NCBI GenBank assembly: GCA_050952645.1 | Contig: JBMNLI010000017.1 | Coordinates: 70,164-134,163 of the forward strand | DNA from: Bdellovibrionota bacterium | GTDB taxonomy: Bacteria; Bdellovibrionota_C; UBA2361; CAKMMH01 | DNA: 64,000 bases | Direction of reading: 5' to 3' | Shown here: in pieces, positions 39,581-49,339 of the stretch | How the letters are laid out: each line of letters begins with the position of its first letter | Numbering within the stretch: the stretch's first letter is position 1 | The notes under the pieces: generated by a model | What the model was told of the DNA's origin: nothing | Seen by the model: the letters and a program-made list of their open reading frames with translations, nothing else | Database searches by the model: none | Program-made: the position numbers and the translations under genes

Positions 39581-39704
39581 ATTAACCTCCTATACTTAAG
39601 AAACTTACTATAGAAATAATATAGTATATATAGAATGATACTGCAATACTTTTTCTAGTTTTTTTCTATATTTTAAAAAAAATTAGCTTTTTAAAAAAGC
39701 CGTT

Positions 39705-42209
39705 CTACTCTAACCTTTTTGCTATCAGCACTTTTAACAAGTCGCTTTTTTCCGTCTTTCTTTTTTCTTCTAAATAAGCCTTATGCTTTGGATTTTTTAC
39801 ATCTAAATGCGAGTATCCTATAGCTCTAGCCATAGGCTCAGAATGTTTTAAAAGTTTCCAAAGTATATCTTTTGTAAGCTTTAAATTCTTATGGCTTAAA
39901 TATCTACTAACCTCGAAATTAAAAATATCATCCTCACTTTCACTGCTTCTACAAAGCAAAAGTTTTAATAGCGTATCTATATCTATATCGTAAGATAAAA
40001 ATTTATCTACCACTGCATGTTGCTTATCACCATCTAATAAAAATAGCGATACTAGAATATAAATTTGCTCCCTAGAAAGTTTACTATCTCCCGAAGCTAA
40101 AAAATCTAAAACGCACTCATTTAATTTCTTGCTAGCTTTTAAAACTAACGCCGCACGCTCCCTTATTTCTAAAAGCGGATAAGATAACAAATCGATATAC
40201 TCAGATATTTCTAATTGTTTTTTAGGAAGTCTCCCTACAACGATATTTAAAGTATCTGCCTTTGAGATACCTTTCCAATCTTTAGTATTAAAAAAATCCA
40301 TATATGGACTTATAACTTTTCTGTAATACGTATTTATTATCTCATAAAGCATATCTACATTTACTAAATTATGCTCGGCTAAATCTAAGAGGATATAGAT
40401 CTTTCCTCTTATAATAGATGGACTCGATATAGAGTCTATAAAAAAACTTGCTATATTTTCTTTCGTTCCACCTATAACTAAAATACTACTTAACGCCTTG
40501 CTAGCAAGCTCATCTAAATGTTTTCCGCCAAGTAGCGAAAGCTTTTTATAAGCATCTCCATAAAAACCACCTAGCAAAGACATGTTCTCTAGAGATACCA
40601 TCTTTAATTGGCTATTTGTAGCATCGAGCCTAACGCTACCTGCCACTGCTAAAGCAATAGACGGGTGAAGCTTATCTAGCGTTTTAAGGGGAACGCTTTT
40701 TTCTGAAGCAGAAATTAGCTTTGAAGCTCCTAATCTTAACGCCGTATATCTATCTTCTTTAGTTAAATTATTTTCCCATAGCGGATTAAATATCGTTCTT
40801 ATAATTAAATTATCTACGTAATTATTAACGCTATTTAAAGCTCTTTTATTATCACTAGAATTATCACTAGCAGCATTTACTATTACAGATAGCGCTACTA
40901 AATCATCTTTTAAAGCCTTACTAAGCACCTCTCTCATAATTACAGGCTGATTAGTGTTCCAAGCGTATTCGTATTCTAATAGTAGCTTTTCACTATCTTT
41001 AAAAAAATTTACATTAGAAAATTTATCAGAATTAAAAAACACTATTACAAACAGTAAGGCAAATAATAAAACGTAAAACGTAAATCTACTAGATTGCTGA
41101 TTTTGTGTAGTAGTCGCTTTGTTTTTATAGCCGTTATTTCTAGAAGATGCCTTATTATTATCATAATTATTATTATTATAATTATTATTATTATAATTAT
41201 TATTATTATAAAGTGGCTCTTCGTTATTTACTTCGTTATTTACTTCATTATTTACTTCATCTCCATCATTAACTTTATTATTAACTTTATCTAGCTTTCT
41301 TATAATCTTTCCACTTCTTATTTTATAGCTATCTACTCTCTCATCACTTTCACTCTTATTTAAGTTCTTATCTTTATTTGCATCTTTATCTGCATCTTTA
41401 TTTACATCTTTATTTACATCTTCATTTTCAGTCGATTTTTTTATAATCACGCCACTTACAAGCGGAGTATATAAAGCCTTCTTTATCTCATTTATTTTTG
41501 CTATTACTACTAGCAAATTATTTTTATTCACATCCTCTATTATAGGCATTAACAATGGGCAATTTTTTGTAGTAGCAACTTTTTGCATCAACTCTTTTAA
41601 TTTTAAAATATCATCTTCATATTTAGGAAATCTTTGGCGAGTTTCTATACTAGAAAATATAGGGTCTATTAAAATATATTTATTTCCATCTAACACGATA
41701 TTATTTTCACTAATATTCCCGTGGCAAATATTATTATCCCAATAAATTTTTACATAATTTATAACGTCTATTAAAGCATCTAAAAAAACTAGGATATTTT
41801 TTTCAAAAAGAAAAAGCTCTGTAAACAATTTGCTCTTATGGTATAATTTTCTTTCGTACCAAAATTGCTCTTCAGCGACACCCGTAGATAGCACTCCAGA
41901 AAGTTTGTTTTCCTTAAGAAGCAAAAAAATTTGTTTTAATTCTTCTAAGTTGTTGCTTACGTAATTATCTTTACTAAACTTATCATAAGCAACTAGGCCT
42001 TTAGTAAATTCAGGAAATGAAAATCTATACAAAACATTTTTCTTAAGATCTACTATCCTAGTATCCCAAGGACTATTCCTATAATTAGAAGAATATATAT
42101 TTTCAGTTGAACTTATTTTTAAAAATTCTAAATAATAATTAAATAAAACTCTTTGCTCAACTCTGAGTTCATCTTCACTAAATAAATTTACGTAATAATC
42201 TGTATTCAT
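39705..42209 (-). CDS. 834-aa membrane protein with an N-terminal degenerate protein-kinase-like domain, an Asn-rich spacer, one transmembrane helix and a C-terminal HEAT/ARM-like helical repeat region
   Basis: ICHGNISENNIVLDGNKYILIDPIF resembles a kinase catalytic loop and DFG segment with substitutions. The Asn-rich repeat is (NNNNY)x3, the transmembrane helix is FTFYVLLFALLFVIVFF, and the C-terminal region is leucine-rich and alpha-helical. Confidence 0.45.
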   Translation of the reverse strand: MNTDYYVNLFSEDELRVEQRVLFNYYLEFLKISSTENIYSSNYRNSPWDTRIVDLKKNVLYRFSFPEFTKGLVAYDKFSKDNYVSNNLEELKQIFLLLKENKLSGVLSTGVAEEQFWYERKLYHKSKLFTELFLFEKNILVFLDALIDVINYVKIYWDNNICHGNISENNIVLDGNKYILIDPIFSSIETRQRFPKYEDDILKLKELMQKVATTKNCPLLMPIIEDVNKNNLLVVIAKINEIKKALYTPLVSGVIIKKSTENEDVNKDVNKDADKDANKDKNLNKSESDERVDSYKIRSGKIIRKLDKVNNKVNDGDEVNNEVNNEVNNEEPLYNNNNYNNNNYNNNNYDNNKASSRNNGYKNKATTTQNQQSSRFTFYVLLFALLFVIVFFNSDKFSNVNFFKDSEKLLLEYEYAWNTNQPVIMREVLSKALKDDLVALSVIVNAASDNSSDNKRALNSVNNYVDNLIIRTIFNPLWENNLTKEDRYTALRLGASKLISASEKSVPLKTLDKLHPSIALAVAGSVRLDATNSQLKMVSLENMSLLGGFYGDAYKKLSLLGGKHLDELASKALSSILVIGGTKENIASFFIDSISSPSIIRGKIYILLDLAEHNLVNVDMLYEIINTYYRKVISPYMDFFNTKDWKGISKADTLNIVVGRLPKKQLEISEYIDLLSYPLLEIRERAALVLKASKKLNECVLDFLASGDSKLSREQIYILVSLFLLDGDKQHAVVDKFLSYDIDIDTLLKLLLCRSSESEDDIFNFEVSRYLSHKNLKLTKDILWKLLKHSEPMARAIGYSHLDVKNPKHKAYLEEKRKTEKSDLLKVLIAKRLE

Positions 42210-43342
42210 AAAATTGCTTCTTTTATTTTCTTAACTGCCACATCTACTATTTCATCATAGCTATAACTTCCGATTAGCTCTCCTTTAACTTTTAAATTTA
42301 CGAAATTAGGTGCACACCACATACCTATATCTGCATCATCGCTCTCTCCAGGGCCATTTACTCTACAACCCATAACTGCAACGGTTAGATTTTTATCTTT
42401 TGCAAAAACCGTTGCCTCTTTTATTTTCTCTGCAAGCTCTATAAATTTATCTGTCTGAACTCTCGAGCACGATGGGCAAGAAATTATATTTAATCCCTTA
42501 GCATTATAGGCATCTTTAGGTAAAAATTTTTTATTAGCCACATCTTTAATTATCTGCTTTCCGATTTCAACCTCTCTATATTTTTCTAAAAAAGGCACTG
42601 TAAGAGAAACTCTTATCGTATCTCCTATGCCTTTAGACAATAAGTGCTCCATCGCCACACGACTTTTTATCTCTCCTAGTGGGAGCATCCCTGCTTCCGT
42701 TACTCCTAAATGTAAAGGCACGAAAGGGTACAAGGAAGAAAACTCCTCGTTTATTTTTATAACTCCATATGGGTCGGAGCTTTTTAGAGAAACTACGTAA
42801 TTTTTAAACCTAAGCTTTTCCATATATTCCACATGCTCGCTAGCCGATTTTATAGCAATCGCCCCCGAATCTTTAACGCCTTTTGAAAGACCAGGGTCAA
42901 GCGAACCAAAATTCACCCCTATCCTTAAAGCGCAATCGTTTTCTCCTGCTATTTGCACTAACTCTTTTACTTTATCTTCTACGATTTTTTCTTTTTCTAT
43001 ATGGTATAGATGCCCAGGATTATAACGAATCTTTTGCACAAATGGTGCTAAATCTTTAGCAAGCAAATAGTTTTCTTGTAAATCGACCGATAAATTCACA
43101 TCGGTTTCTTTTCTTATCTCTTTTAGACTCCTTACGTCTTCCTTATTATCTACCGCTAACCTTATAATTTGAGCCCCAGCGTCTTTTAGCGTTTTTATTT
43201 GTTCGAGAGTCCTTTTAATATCTTTAGTTTTAGATGAGCACATAGTTTGGACTACTACCGGGTTTTTCCCTCCTAGCAATATATCCCCTACCTTAATTTC
43301 TCTAGTTTTTCTCATTATCATTTCCTTTTTTTTTACAATCAT
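42206..43342 (-). CDS. ispG: 4-hydroxy-3-methylbut-2-enyl diphosphate synthase (IspG/GcpE)
   Basis: TIM-barrel and 4Fe-4S motifs (CPSCSR, GCRVNGPGE) are present. It overlaps the upstream gene by 4 nt. Confidence 0.9.
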   Translation of the reverse strand: MIVKKKEMIMRKTREIKVGDILLGGKNPVVVQTMCSSKTKDIKRTLEQIKTLKDAGAQIIRLAVDNKEDVRSLKEIRKETDVNLSVDLQENYLLAKDLAPFVQKIRYNPGHLYHIEKEKIVEDKVKELVQIAGENDCALRIGVNFGSLDPGLSKGVKDSGAIAIKSASEHVEYMEKLRFKNYVVSLKSSDPYGVIKINEEFSSLYPFVPLHLGVTEAGMLPLGEIKSRVAMEHLLSKGIGDTIRVSLTVPFLEKYREVEIGKQIIKDVANKKFLPKDAYNAKGLNIISCPSCSRVQTDKFIELAEKIKEATVFAKDKNLTVAVMGCRVNGPGESDDADIGMWCAPNFVNLKVKGELIGSYSYDEIVDVAVKKIKEAIL

Positions 43343-43627
43343 AACTATTAAATATAATTTTTATGCGATATATTATTATGCGTTATAAATATTATCTGTT
43401 ATAATAGTATTTTAAGTAATATTTTGATATTATGCTTGCTAAAAAATGCAATATTTACTTTAATAATATTTGCTCTATTATAGTATTATAATTATAGTAT
43501 TATAGTTATAGTATTATAGTTTTATAGTTTGATTATAATTTACTTTAACTATAATTTACATAGAGAAAATTATTTTATTGTAAACAAACTCTAGAAAAAC
43601 CATTTTTTTATAAAGGAAAATCAAAAA

Positions 43628-44164
43628 ATGTATTCTCCTGATGAGATAAGCGAGATTTTTGAAAAGATTTCTGACTATTACCAAGAACCTGTAAATATAG
43701 GCTCAAGGTGTCAAAGCAATTACTATTATAGAGTAGAAAATTTAAGTGAAAAAGATTTAAATATATGTGCTGAGCACGTAGCATATAGGATAAGAAATGT
43801 CCTATCTCCACAAGAACCACAACTATTTATAAAACTCCCTGGAGGATATAGTTTTTTTGCTGAAAGATTATACGCAGTTTTTTCAGAGATAATTTCAAAC
43901 TCTGAAGAAATAGCATTTGAGCAATATTTAAAAAATCAAATTCAAAGTGGCTATCTCGATAAATACAAAGGTTATAACACGGTGCTTATTACCGATGTTA
44001 TTACAACGGCTAGGTCAACACTAGAGGCTCACACTAAGCTTTCCTTAAGGGGCATTCCAATTCTATCTTGGGTTGCCCTAATAGATAGAACCTTTGGCCC
44101 TGGCCCCGTGCCGGTAATTTCAGCATACACAGGAAGCCCAGTAAAGTTGTTAAATAATTACTAA
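43628..44164 (+). CDS. orphan type I phosphoribosyltransferase-domain protein
   Basis: A PRPP-binding loop (VLITDVITTARST) is present. There are no Hpt, Apt, Upp or PyrE-specific signatures. Confidence 0.5.
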   Translation: MYSPDEISEIFEKISDYYQEPVNIGSRCQSNYYYRVENLSEKDLNICAEHVAYRIRNVLSPQEPQLFIKLPGGYSFFAERLYAVFSEIISNSEEIAFEQYLKNQIQSGYLDKYKGYNTVLITDVITTARSTLEAHTKLSLRGIPILSWVALIDRTFGPGPVPVISAYTGSPVKLLNNY

Positions 44165-44213
44165 AACAGATAATAAAAAATAAACAAAACAAATGAACAA
44201 AAAATAATTTTAC

Positions 44214-46154
44214 TTATCCTTTTGCTAAATTTATAAGCTCTTCTTCAGAAATAATTTTTATCGCTAACTCTTTTGCCTTAATATTTTTACTAGAGTTTGA
44301 AGTGATATCATTATTTATTAAATAATTAACATTACTAGAAATAGCTTTCAAAACTTTTCCCCCTTTACTTTCTATATATTCTACGAGTTCATCTCTATTT
44401 TTAAAACTGTTTGTGCTCCCAGTTATAACGAAATTTATACTATTTAAAGTTTTATTATCACTAGTTTCTTTTATTATATTTATTTCTTTTTTTAAATTTT
44501 CAAATTCTCTTAGAAAATCGCTATCGCTAAAAACTTCTACCCACGCTTTTGCAACGCCCTCTCCAATGCCATCTATTTGATTTAATTCTTCAAAAGTTAA
44601 GTTACTTATTTTTTCCAAATCATCATTAAAGTAATTACATATAAGCTTTGCTCTAGCTTGGCCAATTTCAGGAATGCCAAGAGCGTAAATAAAGTTTGCA
44701 AGCTTTATGCTCCTAGACTTTTCTACCGCTTCGATTAAATTGCTGTATGATTTTTCTCCAAACCCTTCAAATAAAATTATCTTCTCTCTATATTGCTCTA
44801 GTTTATATAAGTCAGAGTAAGCTTTGACCATGCCTTCATCATAAAGTTTATTTAAAATCGCATCTGAAATTCCTTCTATATTCATAGCGTTTCTGCTTAC
44901 AAATAAACTTAATTTTTTTAAAAATTTAGCTGGGCAAAACTCATTAGTGCAATACAAATATTCCGTATCATTTTCAGATATTATCGTAGCTTTATGTGCG
45001 CATACTGGGCATTTATCAGGAATAAGAAGATTATCGCTTTTAGTTTCGTTGCTAGCAACTTGAGGAATTATCATATTTGCTTTATAAACTAAGATGGTAT
45101 CACCTAACCCAAGCTCAAGACCTTTTAAAATCGAAATATTGTGAAGTGATGCACGAGAAACCGTAGTCCCCTCTAGCTCGACACTATCGAATACCGCAAC
45201 TGGATTTATAAGCCCAGTTCTTGAAACTAACCAATCTACACTTCTTAATACCGTTTTAGCAGTTTCATCTTGCCATTTAAAAGCCAAGGAGTGTTTAGGG
45301 TATTTAGCCGTTATACCTAAACTTTCCGAGTATAAAATATCATCAAAGGTAAGCACTAATCCATCAGACGGTATATCGTAATCGTTTATTTTTTCTTTAA
45401 ACTTTAAAACTGCACTTTCAACATTACCTTTATTTACGCTTACGCTTTCTACTACATTAAAGCCTAAGGTTTTTAAAAAATCGAAACACTTATTTTTAGA
45501 GTTTGAAATAAAATCTGATGCCTCTACTAAAGAAAAGATAATGCAAAAAACATTTCTAGTAGCCACAACGGAGCTATCTTTTTGTCTAACAGACCCTGAA
45601 CATAAATTGCGAGGATTTTTATAAATATCTCCAGCCTCTTTATTCATACGATTAAAATCTGAGTATTTTATTACTGCCTCTCCACGAAGCACTAGTTTTC
45701 CTTTATAATCTATAGAAAGCGGAATATTTTTAAAACGCTTAACATTTTCAGTTATAACCTCTCCGACTATGCCGTTTCCTCTAGTAACTCCGCTTACAAG
45801 CGTGCCATTTTCATAAGTTAAAACTATAGTTATACCGTCTAGCTTCCAAGATAAAAGCCCAAGTTTATCGCCAAGGAAATTTATAAGCTCTCCTACTTGT
45901 TTAGTCTTTTCTAAAGATAACATCGGGCTTGTGTGAGTAGCGTGAGCTAACGCCCCTAAAACCTCTGGCTCTACATTTATGCTTGGGCTATTAGGAAGAA
46001 CTACACTAGTTTCTTTTTCTAACTCTCTTAATTTATCGAACAAGGCATCGTATTCAAAATCTGACATTATCGATTTATTTTCTCTATAATAAGAAGTTGC
46101 AGCCTTATTTAAAGTTTCTACAAGCGTTTTCATCTCGTTTAGTTTTTTATCCAC
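44214..46154 (-). CDS. ligA: NAD-dependent DNA ligase
   Basis: The adenylation motif KLDG, an OB fold, a Zn finger (CPVCAHK..C), HhH repeats and C-terminal BRCT are present across 646 aa. Confidence 0.9.
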   Translation of the reverse strand: MDKKLNEMKTLVETLNKAATSYYRENKSIMSDFEYDALFDKLRELEKETSVVLPNSPSINVEPEVLGALAHATHTSPMLSLEKTKQVGELINFLGDKLGLLSWKLDGITIVLTYENGTLVSGVTRGNGIVGEVITENVKRFKNIPLSIDYKGKLVLRGEAVIKYSDFNRMNKEAGDIYKNPRNLCSGSVRQKDSSVVATRNVFCIIFSLVEASDFISNSKNKCFDFLKTLGFNVVESVSVNKGNVESAVLKFKEKINDYDIPSDGLVLTFDDILYSESLGITAKYPKHSLAFKWQDETAKTVLRSVDWLVSRTGLINPVAVFDSVELEGTTVSRASLHNISILKGLELGLGDTILVYKANMIIPQVASNETKSDNLLIPDKCPVCAHKATIISENDTEYLYCTNEFCPAKFLKKLSLFVSRNAMNIEGISDAILNKLYDEGMVKAYSDLYKLEQYREKIILFEGFGEKSYSNLIEAVEKSRSIKLANFIYALGIPEIGQARAKLICNYFNDDLEKISNLTFEELNQIDGIGEGVAKAWVEVFSDSDFLREFENLKKEINIIKETSDNKTLNSINFVITGSTNSFKNRDELVEYIESKGGKVLKAISSNVNYLINNDITSNSSKNIKAKELAIKIISEEELINLAKG

Positions 46155-46228
46155 TACTTATACTCCTTAAAAATCAAGGTTTGAGGCTCTTTACACACGT
46201 GCAAGCACACGCAAGAACTAATTTTCTG

Positions 46229-46276
46229 GTTCTTCACGTTTTAGGTGGGCTTAGAAAAATTGTTTTTCGGGGGTTA
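46229..46276. repeat. Left half of a family A palindromic element, split by the group II intron
   Basis: ggttcttcacgttttaggtgggcttagaaaaattgtttttcgggggtta matches the start of unit 2 and unit 3 at 1261/1422, up to ggggtta. Confidence 0.7.
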
Positions 46277-48169
46277 ATAGGGTAGAGCGAGGGCTATACC
46301 CTCTCCCTCCCGTCGCACCGTACGTACGGGTCTCGTATACGGCGCTCCATTAATATAATATCAAGTAATACTCAGGTAATACGTCAAAGGGTCGATTAAA
46401 CCAATTCGTTCCTTTGTTTTACGCCCCAATATTTTAGGGCTTAAGCATAATTCACTACGTACCACGAACTGCGTCTATACCAGCCGAGTCTGCTGTTAGC
46501 AACCTTATAGATTTCTTCATTTCTAAAATTGCAACCAAGCATTCGGTTCAATTTCTTAAGATTTAGATAGATTCGTCTCGGCAATTTCCACTGTTTAAGT
46601 ATTATAACCCTCACTTTGTGTCTAAGCCATTGACCATATTTATCTATAAAAGTCTTAAGAGTTCCTATCTTATAATAGTTTATCCAACCTTTAATTAACC
46701 AGCTTAGCTGTTGAAATGTCGAACCTAACGTTCGTGCCATTGCCTTCCGTCTACAAAGAATTTCTCTAGTTTTATCATAGAGTTTTCGTTTGCGATCTTC
46801 AGCAGGTTTACATTTCCAAGTTTTATACCCACTCTTCCAGTAGGTAAAGCCTAAGAAAGTGCTTTCCGTCGGCCTAGAGATTTTACTCTTACTTGAATTA
46901 ATTTTAAGTCGTAGCTTACGCTCCAACCAACTCGCAACGGACTTCATTACTCTATTAGCAGCCTTTTCACTTCTAACAAATATATTACAGTCATCGGCAT
47001 ATCTAACAAACTTAAGTCCTCTTGCTTCCAGTTCCTTGTCGAGCTTATCAAGGTATATGTTAGATAATACTGGGGATAATGGACCTCCTTGCGGAACTCC
47101 TTTCTCACTTACAGTAAACAATCCATCTTCCATTATACCAGCTCTTAAGAACTGTCTTATCAATCGTAGTGTCTTCGCATCTTTGATGCGTTCCCTGATT
47201 ATCGAAATTAATTTGTCGTGATTAACAGTATCAAAATATTTCTCTATGTCTAGGTCTATAACCCAATCATAGCCTCTTTTCAAGTACTCAAGAGTTCTAT
47301 ATACTGCTAGATGGCAATTCCTTCTAGGTCTAAAGCCATAGCTACTATTACTAAAATACTTTTCGTATCCGCGTGCTAGTATTTGCGCTACCGCTTGTTG
47401 AATTACCCTATCTACTACTGTAGGTATTCCTAAAGGTCTCATCTTACCATTAGCTTTAGGTATATACACTCTCTTAACTGGACTCGGCTTATAATTCCCT
47501 TCACGTATCTGAGATTTTATCTCTTCTCTGTGAACGGCAAAATAGTCTTCAAGCTCATCTACTGGCATATCATCTACACCAGATGCACCTTTATTTCGCT
47601 TAACAGCCTTTATAGCCTCATCTATATTTTTGTCTGATATAATCAGTTCAATCAATTCCACCTGTTGCTCCTCCCTCTGTTTGTAAAGCTACTAGAAAAC
47701 ACCCCCTCTATCTTCTGCCCCCACAGGTTACGTTCCTGTTTGTTAGGCATATCTTCAATTTCGGACTCTTCTAGCCTTGCTTACAGTGATTCACAATATA
47801 TTAACGTTCAACCCTTCCTTGAGTGGTGTCTCAAGTACTATGGTATCAACTGACTTCCAGATATAAGCTTTATATCGCACGTGCATAGCACGCTATCTGG
47901 ACCTCCCGGGGTAAGGCATAGTTCTTTCACCAGACAACCTCCAGATTTACTCGTTTGGTTTTACGTTTGTCTTTAGGGCTTCGGTTTGTAGCGCAACCTC
48001 ACCCACCATTTAGCCTTGTATCTGGTTTCTGTTCGTAGGCTCCTTGGTTTTGATCCGCCACTTCCTTCACTCTAACATTACTGCTTCGAGCTTGTGGCAT
48101 CACTACACTTGGTGACAACTACCCGTGACGGGACTTTCACCCGCTAGAACTATGTCGTGCCCGGCACAC
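46277..48169 (-). mobile_element. Bacterial group II intron (1893 nt) with an endonuclease-less intron-encoded protein, inserted inside a family A repeat
   Basis: The minus-strand 5' end is GUGUGCCGGGCACGACAUAGUUCUAGCGGGUGAAAGUCCCGUCACGGG (domain I with the GUGYG start). The RT ORF sits in domain IV. A GC-rich DV/DVI region lies at 46280-46440 and ends ..CUAU. The flanking sequences gggggtta and gcttaaaagaaaattgg rejoin into the uninterrupted repeat sequence seen at 1300-1320. Confidence 0.75.
46441..47661 (-). CDS. group II intron reverse transcriptase/maturase (RT plus X domain, no HNH/En domain)
   Basis: RT blocks are RPLGIPTVVDRVIQQA (RT1-2), the YADD motif (FVRYADDCNIFV, RT5) and the X/thumb region GWINYYK. 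There is no Cys/His endonuclease motif after the X domain. Confidence 0.9.
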   Translation of the reverse strand: MELIELIISDKNIDEAIKAVKRNKGASGVDDMPVDELEDYFAVHREEIKSQIREGNYKPSPVKRVYIPKANGKMRPLGIPTVVDRVIQQAVAQILARGYEKYFSNSSYGFRPRRNCHLAVYRTLEYLKRGYDWVIDLDIEKYFDTVNHDKLISIIRERIKDAKTLRLIRQFLRAGIMEDGLFTVSEKGVPQGGPLSPVLSNIYLDKLDKELEARGLKFVRYADDCNIFVRSEKAANRVMKSVASWLERKLRLKINSSKSKISRPTESTFLGFTYWKSGYKTWKCKPAEDRKRKLYDKTREILCRRKAMARTLGSTFQQLSWLIKGWINYYKIGTLKTFIDKYGQWLRHKVRVIILKQWKLPRRIYLNLKKLNRMLGCNFRNEEIYKVANSRLGWYRRSSWYVVNYA

Positions 48170-48345
48170 GCTTAAAAGAAAATTGGCTTTTATAGAAAAC
48201 TATCTATAGTTTAAAGAGAAATTACAACTATACTTAAAGTAATTTATTTTATGCAAATTTCTTTAAAGTCAATTTTCTTTTGGGCTTCGCCTGAGGTGAG
48301 TGATACTAACTTTAAGGTCTTTACCCCACTTAAAACGTGAAAAAC
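48170..48345. repeat. Right half of the intron-split family A element (variant with internal insertion)
   Basis: gcttaaaagaaaattgg... is followed by ttttcttttgggcttcgcctgaggtgagtgatactaactttaaggtctttaccccacttaaaacgtgaaaaac, the right inverted repeat. Confidence 0.7.
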
Positions 48346-48559
48346 TAATTTTCATATCTTATATTAAGTAAATATTTAATTTAGATAAAGAGCAAAAATT
48401 CCACTGTTTTACGTATGCTATTTTTAAGAGAGTAAAAGTTTGGTCATTTGAAGTTCTGCTTTTGTTTATTCGCGATCGTACCAATCGCTAGCAACCTTAA
48501 TTTTTTTTATTTCAGACAAACGTCTAATAGCATCATTTATTCTCTCGCTGGGTTTAATA

Positions 48560-48725
48560 CCCCGTTGCTTGCAACGGAGATGCCTTGAGTGTGAATGCAC
48601 TCAAGGACGGAACACGACTGCAATTAGTTATATACATTGCAATAAGCTTAAGTGTTCCGTTTCGCGAAGCGTTAAAATACCCCCGCTACGCGAAGCGTAG
48701 TCGGCTGTCTAGTAGACAGCCGAGT
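48560..48725. other. GC-rich cluster of five consecutive perfect hairpins (candidate structured ncRNA or hairpin-type IS end)
   Basis: The stems are cgttgc-tt-gcaacg, ccttgagtg-tgaatg-cactcaagg, cggaacac-(35 nt)-gtgttccg, gctacgc-gaa-gcgtagc and cggctgtcta-g-tagacagccg. The cluster lies immediately downstream of a transposase C-terminal fragment. The overlapping 66-aa track ORF has no support. Confidence 0.4.
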
Positions 48726-48781
48726 GCTTGCACCGTGGGTAGTTTATTTTCTTTTATAATTTTTAATATGCTATACCAAAA

Positions 48782-49009
48782 CTAAAGAGCTATATGATTT
48801 ATAAACATCCAACCTTGAAACTTGTCATCATCTGACATAAATTGTGCATCTGCCTTCAATGTCGTTTTTAAAGTATCAAACGTTTGCTCTATCGTTGTCC
48901 TCATTTTATACATAGTATAAATATCTTCAGGGGGGAGATCTTTGTTAGAAAAAAGTGCGATAGTGCCTATAGTAATTTTTCTGCTACGCTTCTTTGTTGT
49001 TAATGTCAA
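48782..49009 (-). pseudogene. C-terminal fragment of an IS4/IS5-superfamily DDE transposase
   Basis: YTMYKMRTTIEQTFDTLKTTL matches the conserved Y-(2)-R-(3)-E-(6)-K C-terminal block of DDE_Tnp_1 transposases. At only 75 aa it has no catalytic core. Confidence 0.45.
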
Positions 49010-49184
49010 TATAGCAAACCTCTCTCTCTGTCTTTTGCTCTATACTTTGTTGCCCAAGATGAGTATTTATGTTGTTTTTTTATCATACGTATATACGTAT
49101 ACTATTTTAGCACTTTATACAAGTACTTTTTAAAACTTTTTAAATGATTTCAATATGTTATGTAATTAAAATTATATACGTAAA

Positions 49185-49208
49185 AGAAGGGAAAGTTTGG
49201 ATAAATTG
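49185..49208. repeat. Solo terminal inverted repeat of family B
   Basis: tatacgtaaaagaagggaaagttt is the reverse complement of the left terminal inverted repeat at 4875-4898. Confidence 0.6.
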
Positions 49209-49260
49209 AATGTCATTTGAGCATTGCAATTAGAGCTAAATCGTATTAACACTTAATTTT

Positions 49261-49294
49261 AAAATAAAAAAGAGCTCCTTGAATCGAGGAGCTC
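49261..49294 (-). terminator. Rho-independent terminator of the 49340-50212 gene
   Basis: On the minus strand a perfect 8-bp stem (gagctcct..aggagctc, loop cgattcaa) is followed by uuuuuuauuuu. Confidence 0.65.
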
Positions 49295-49339
49295 AAATGA
49301 TCAATCATCGTTGACCGCGTCTACAGAATGTTGCCGTCG

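Noticed and set aside
41094-41294. 66-aa poly-Ile plus-strand ORF
   Set aside because: Antisense reading of the (AAT)n Asn-codon repeat inside the 39705-42209 gene.
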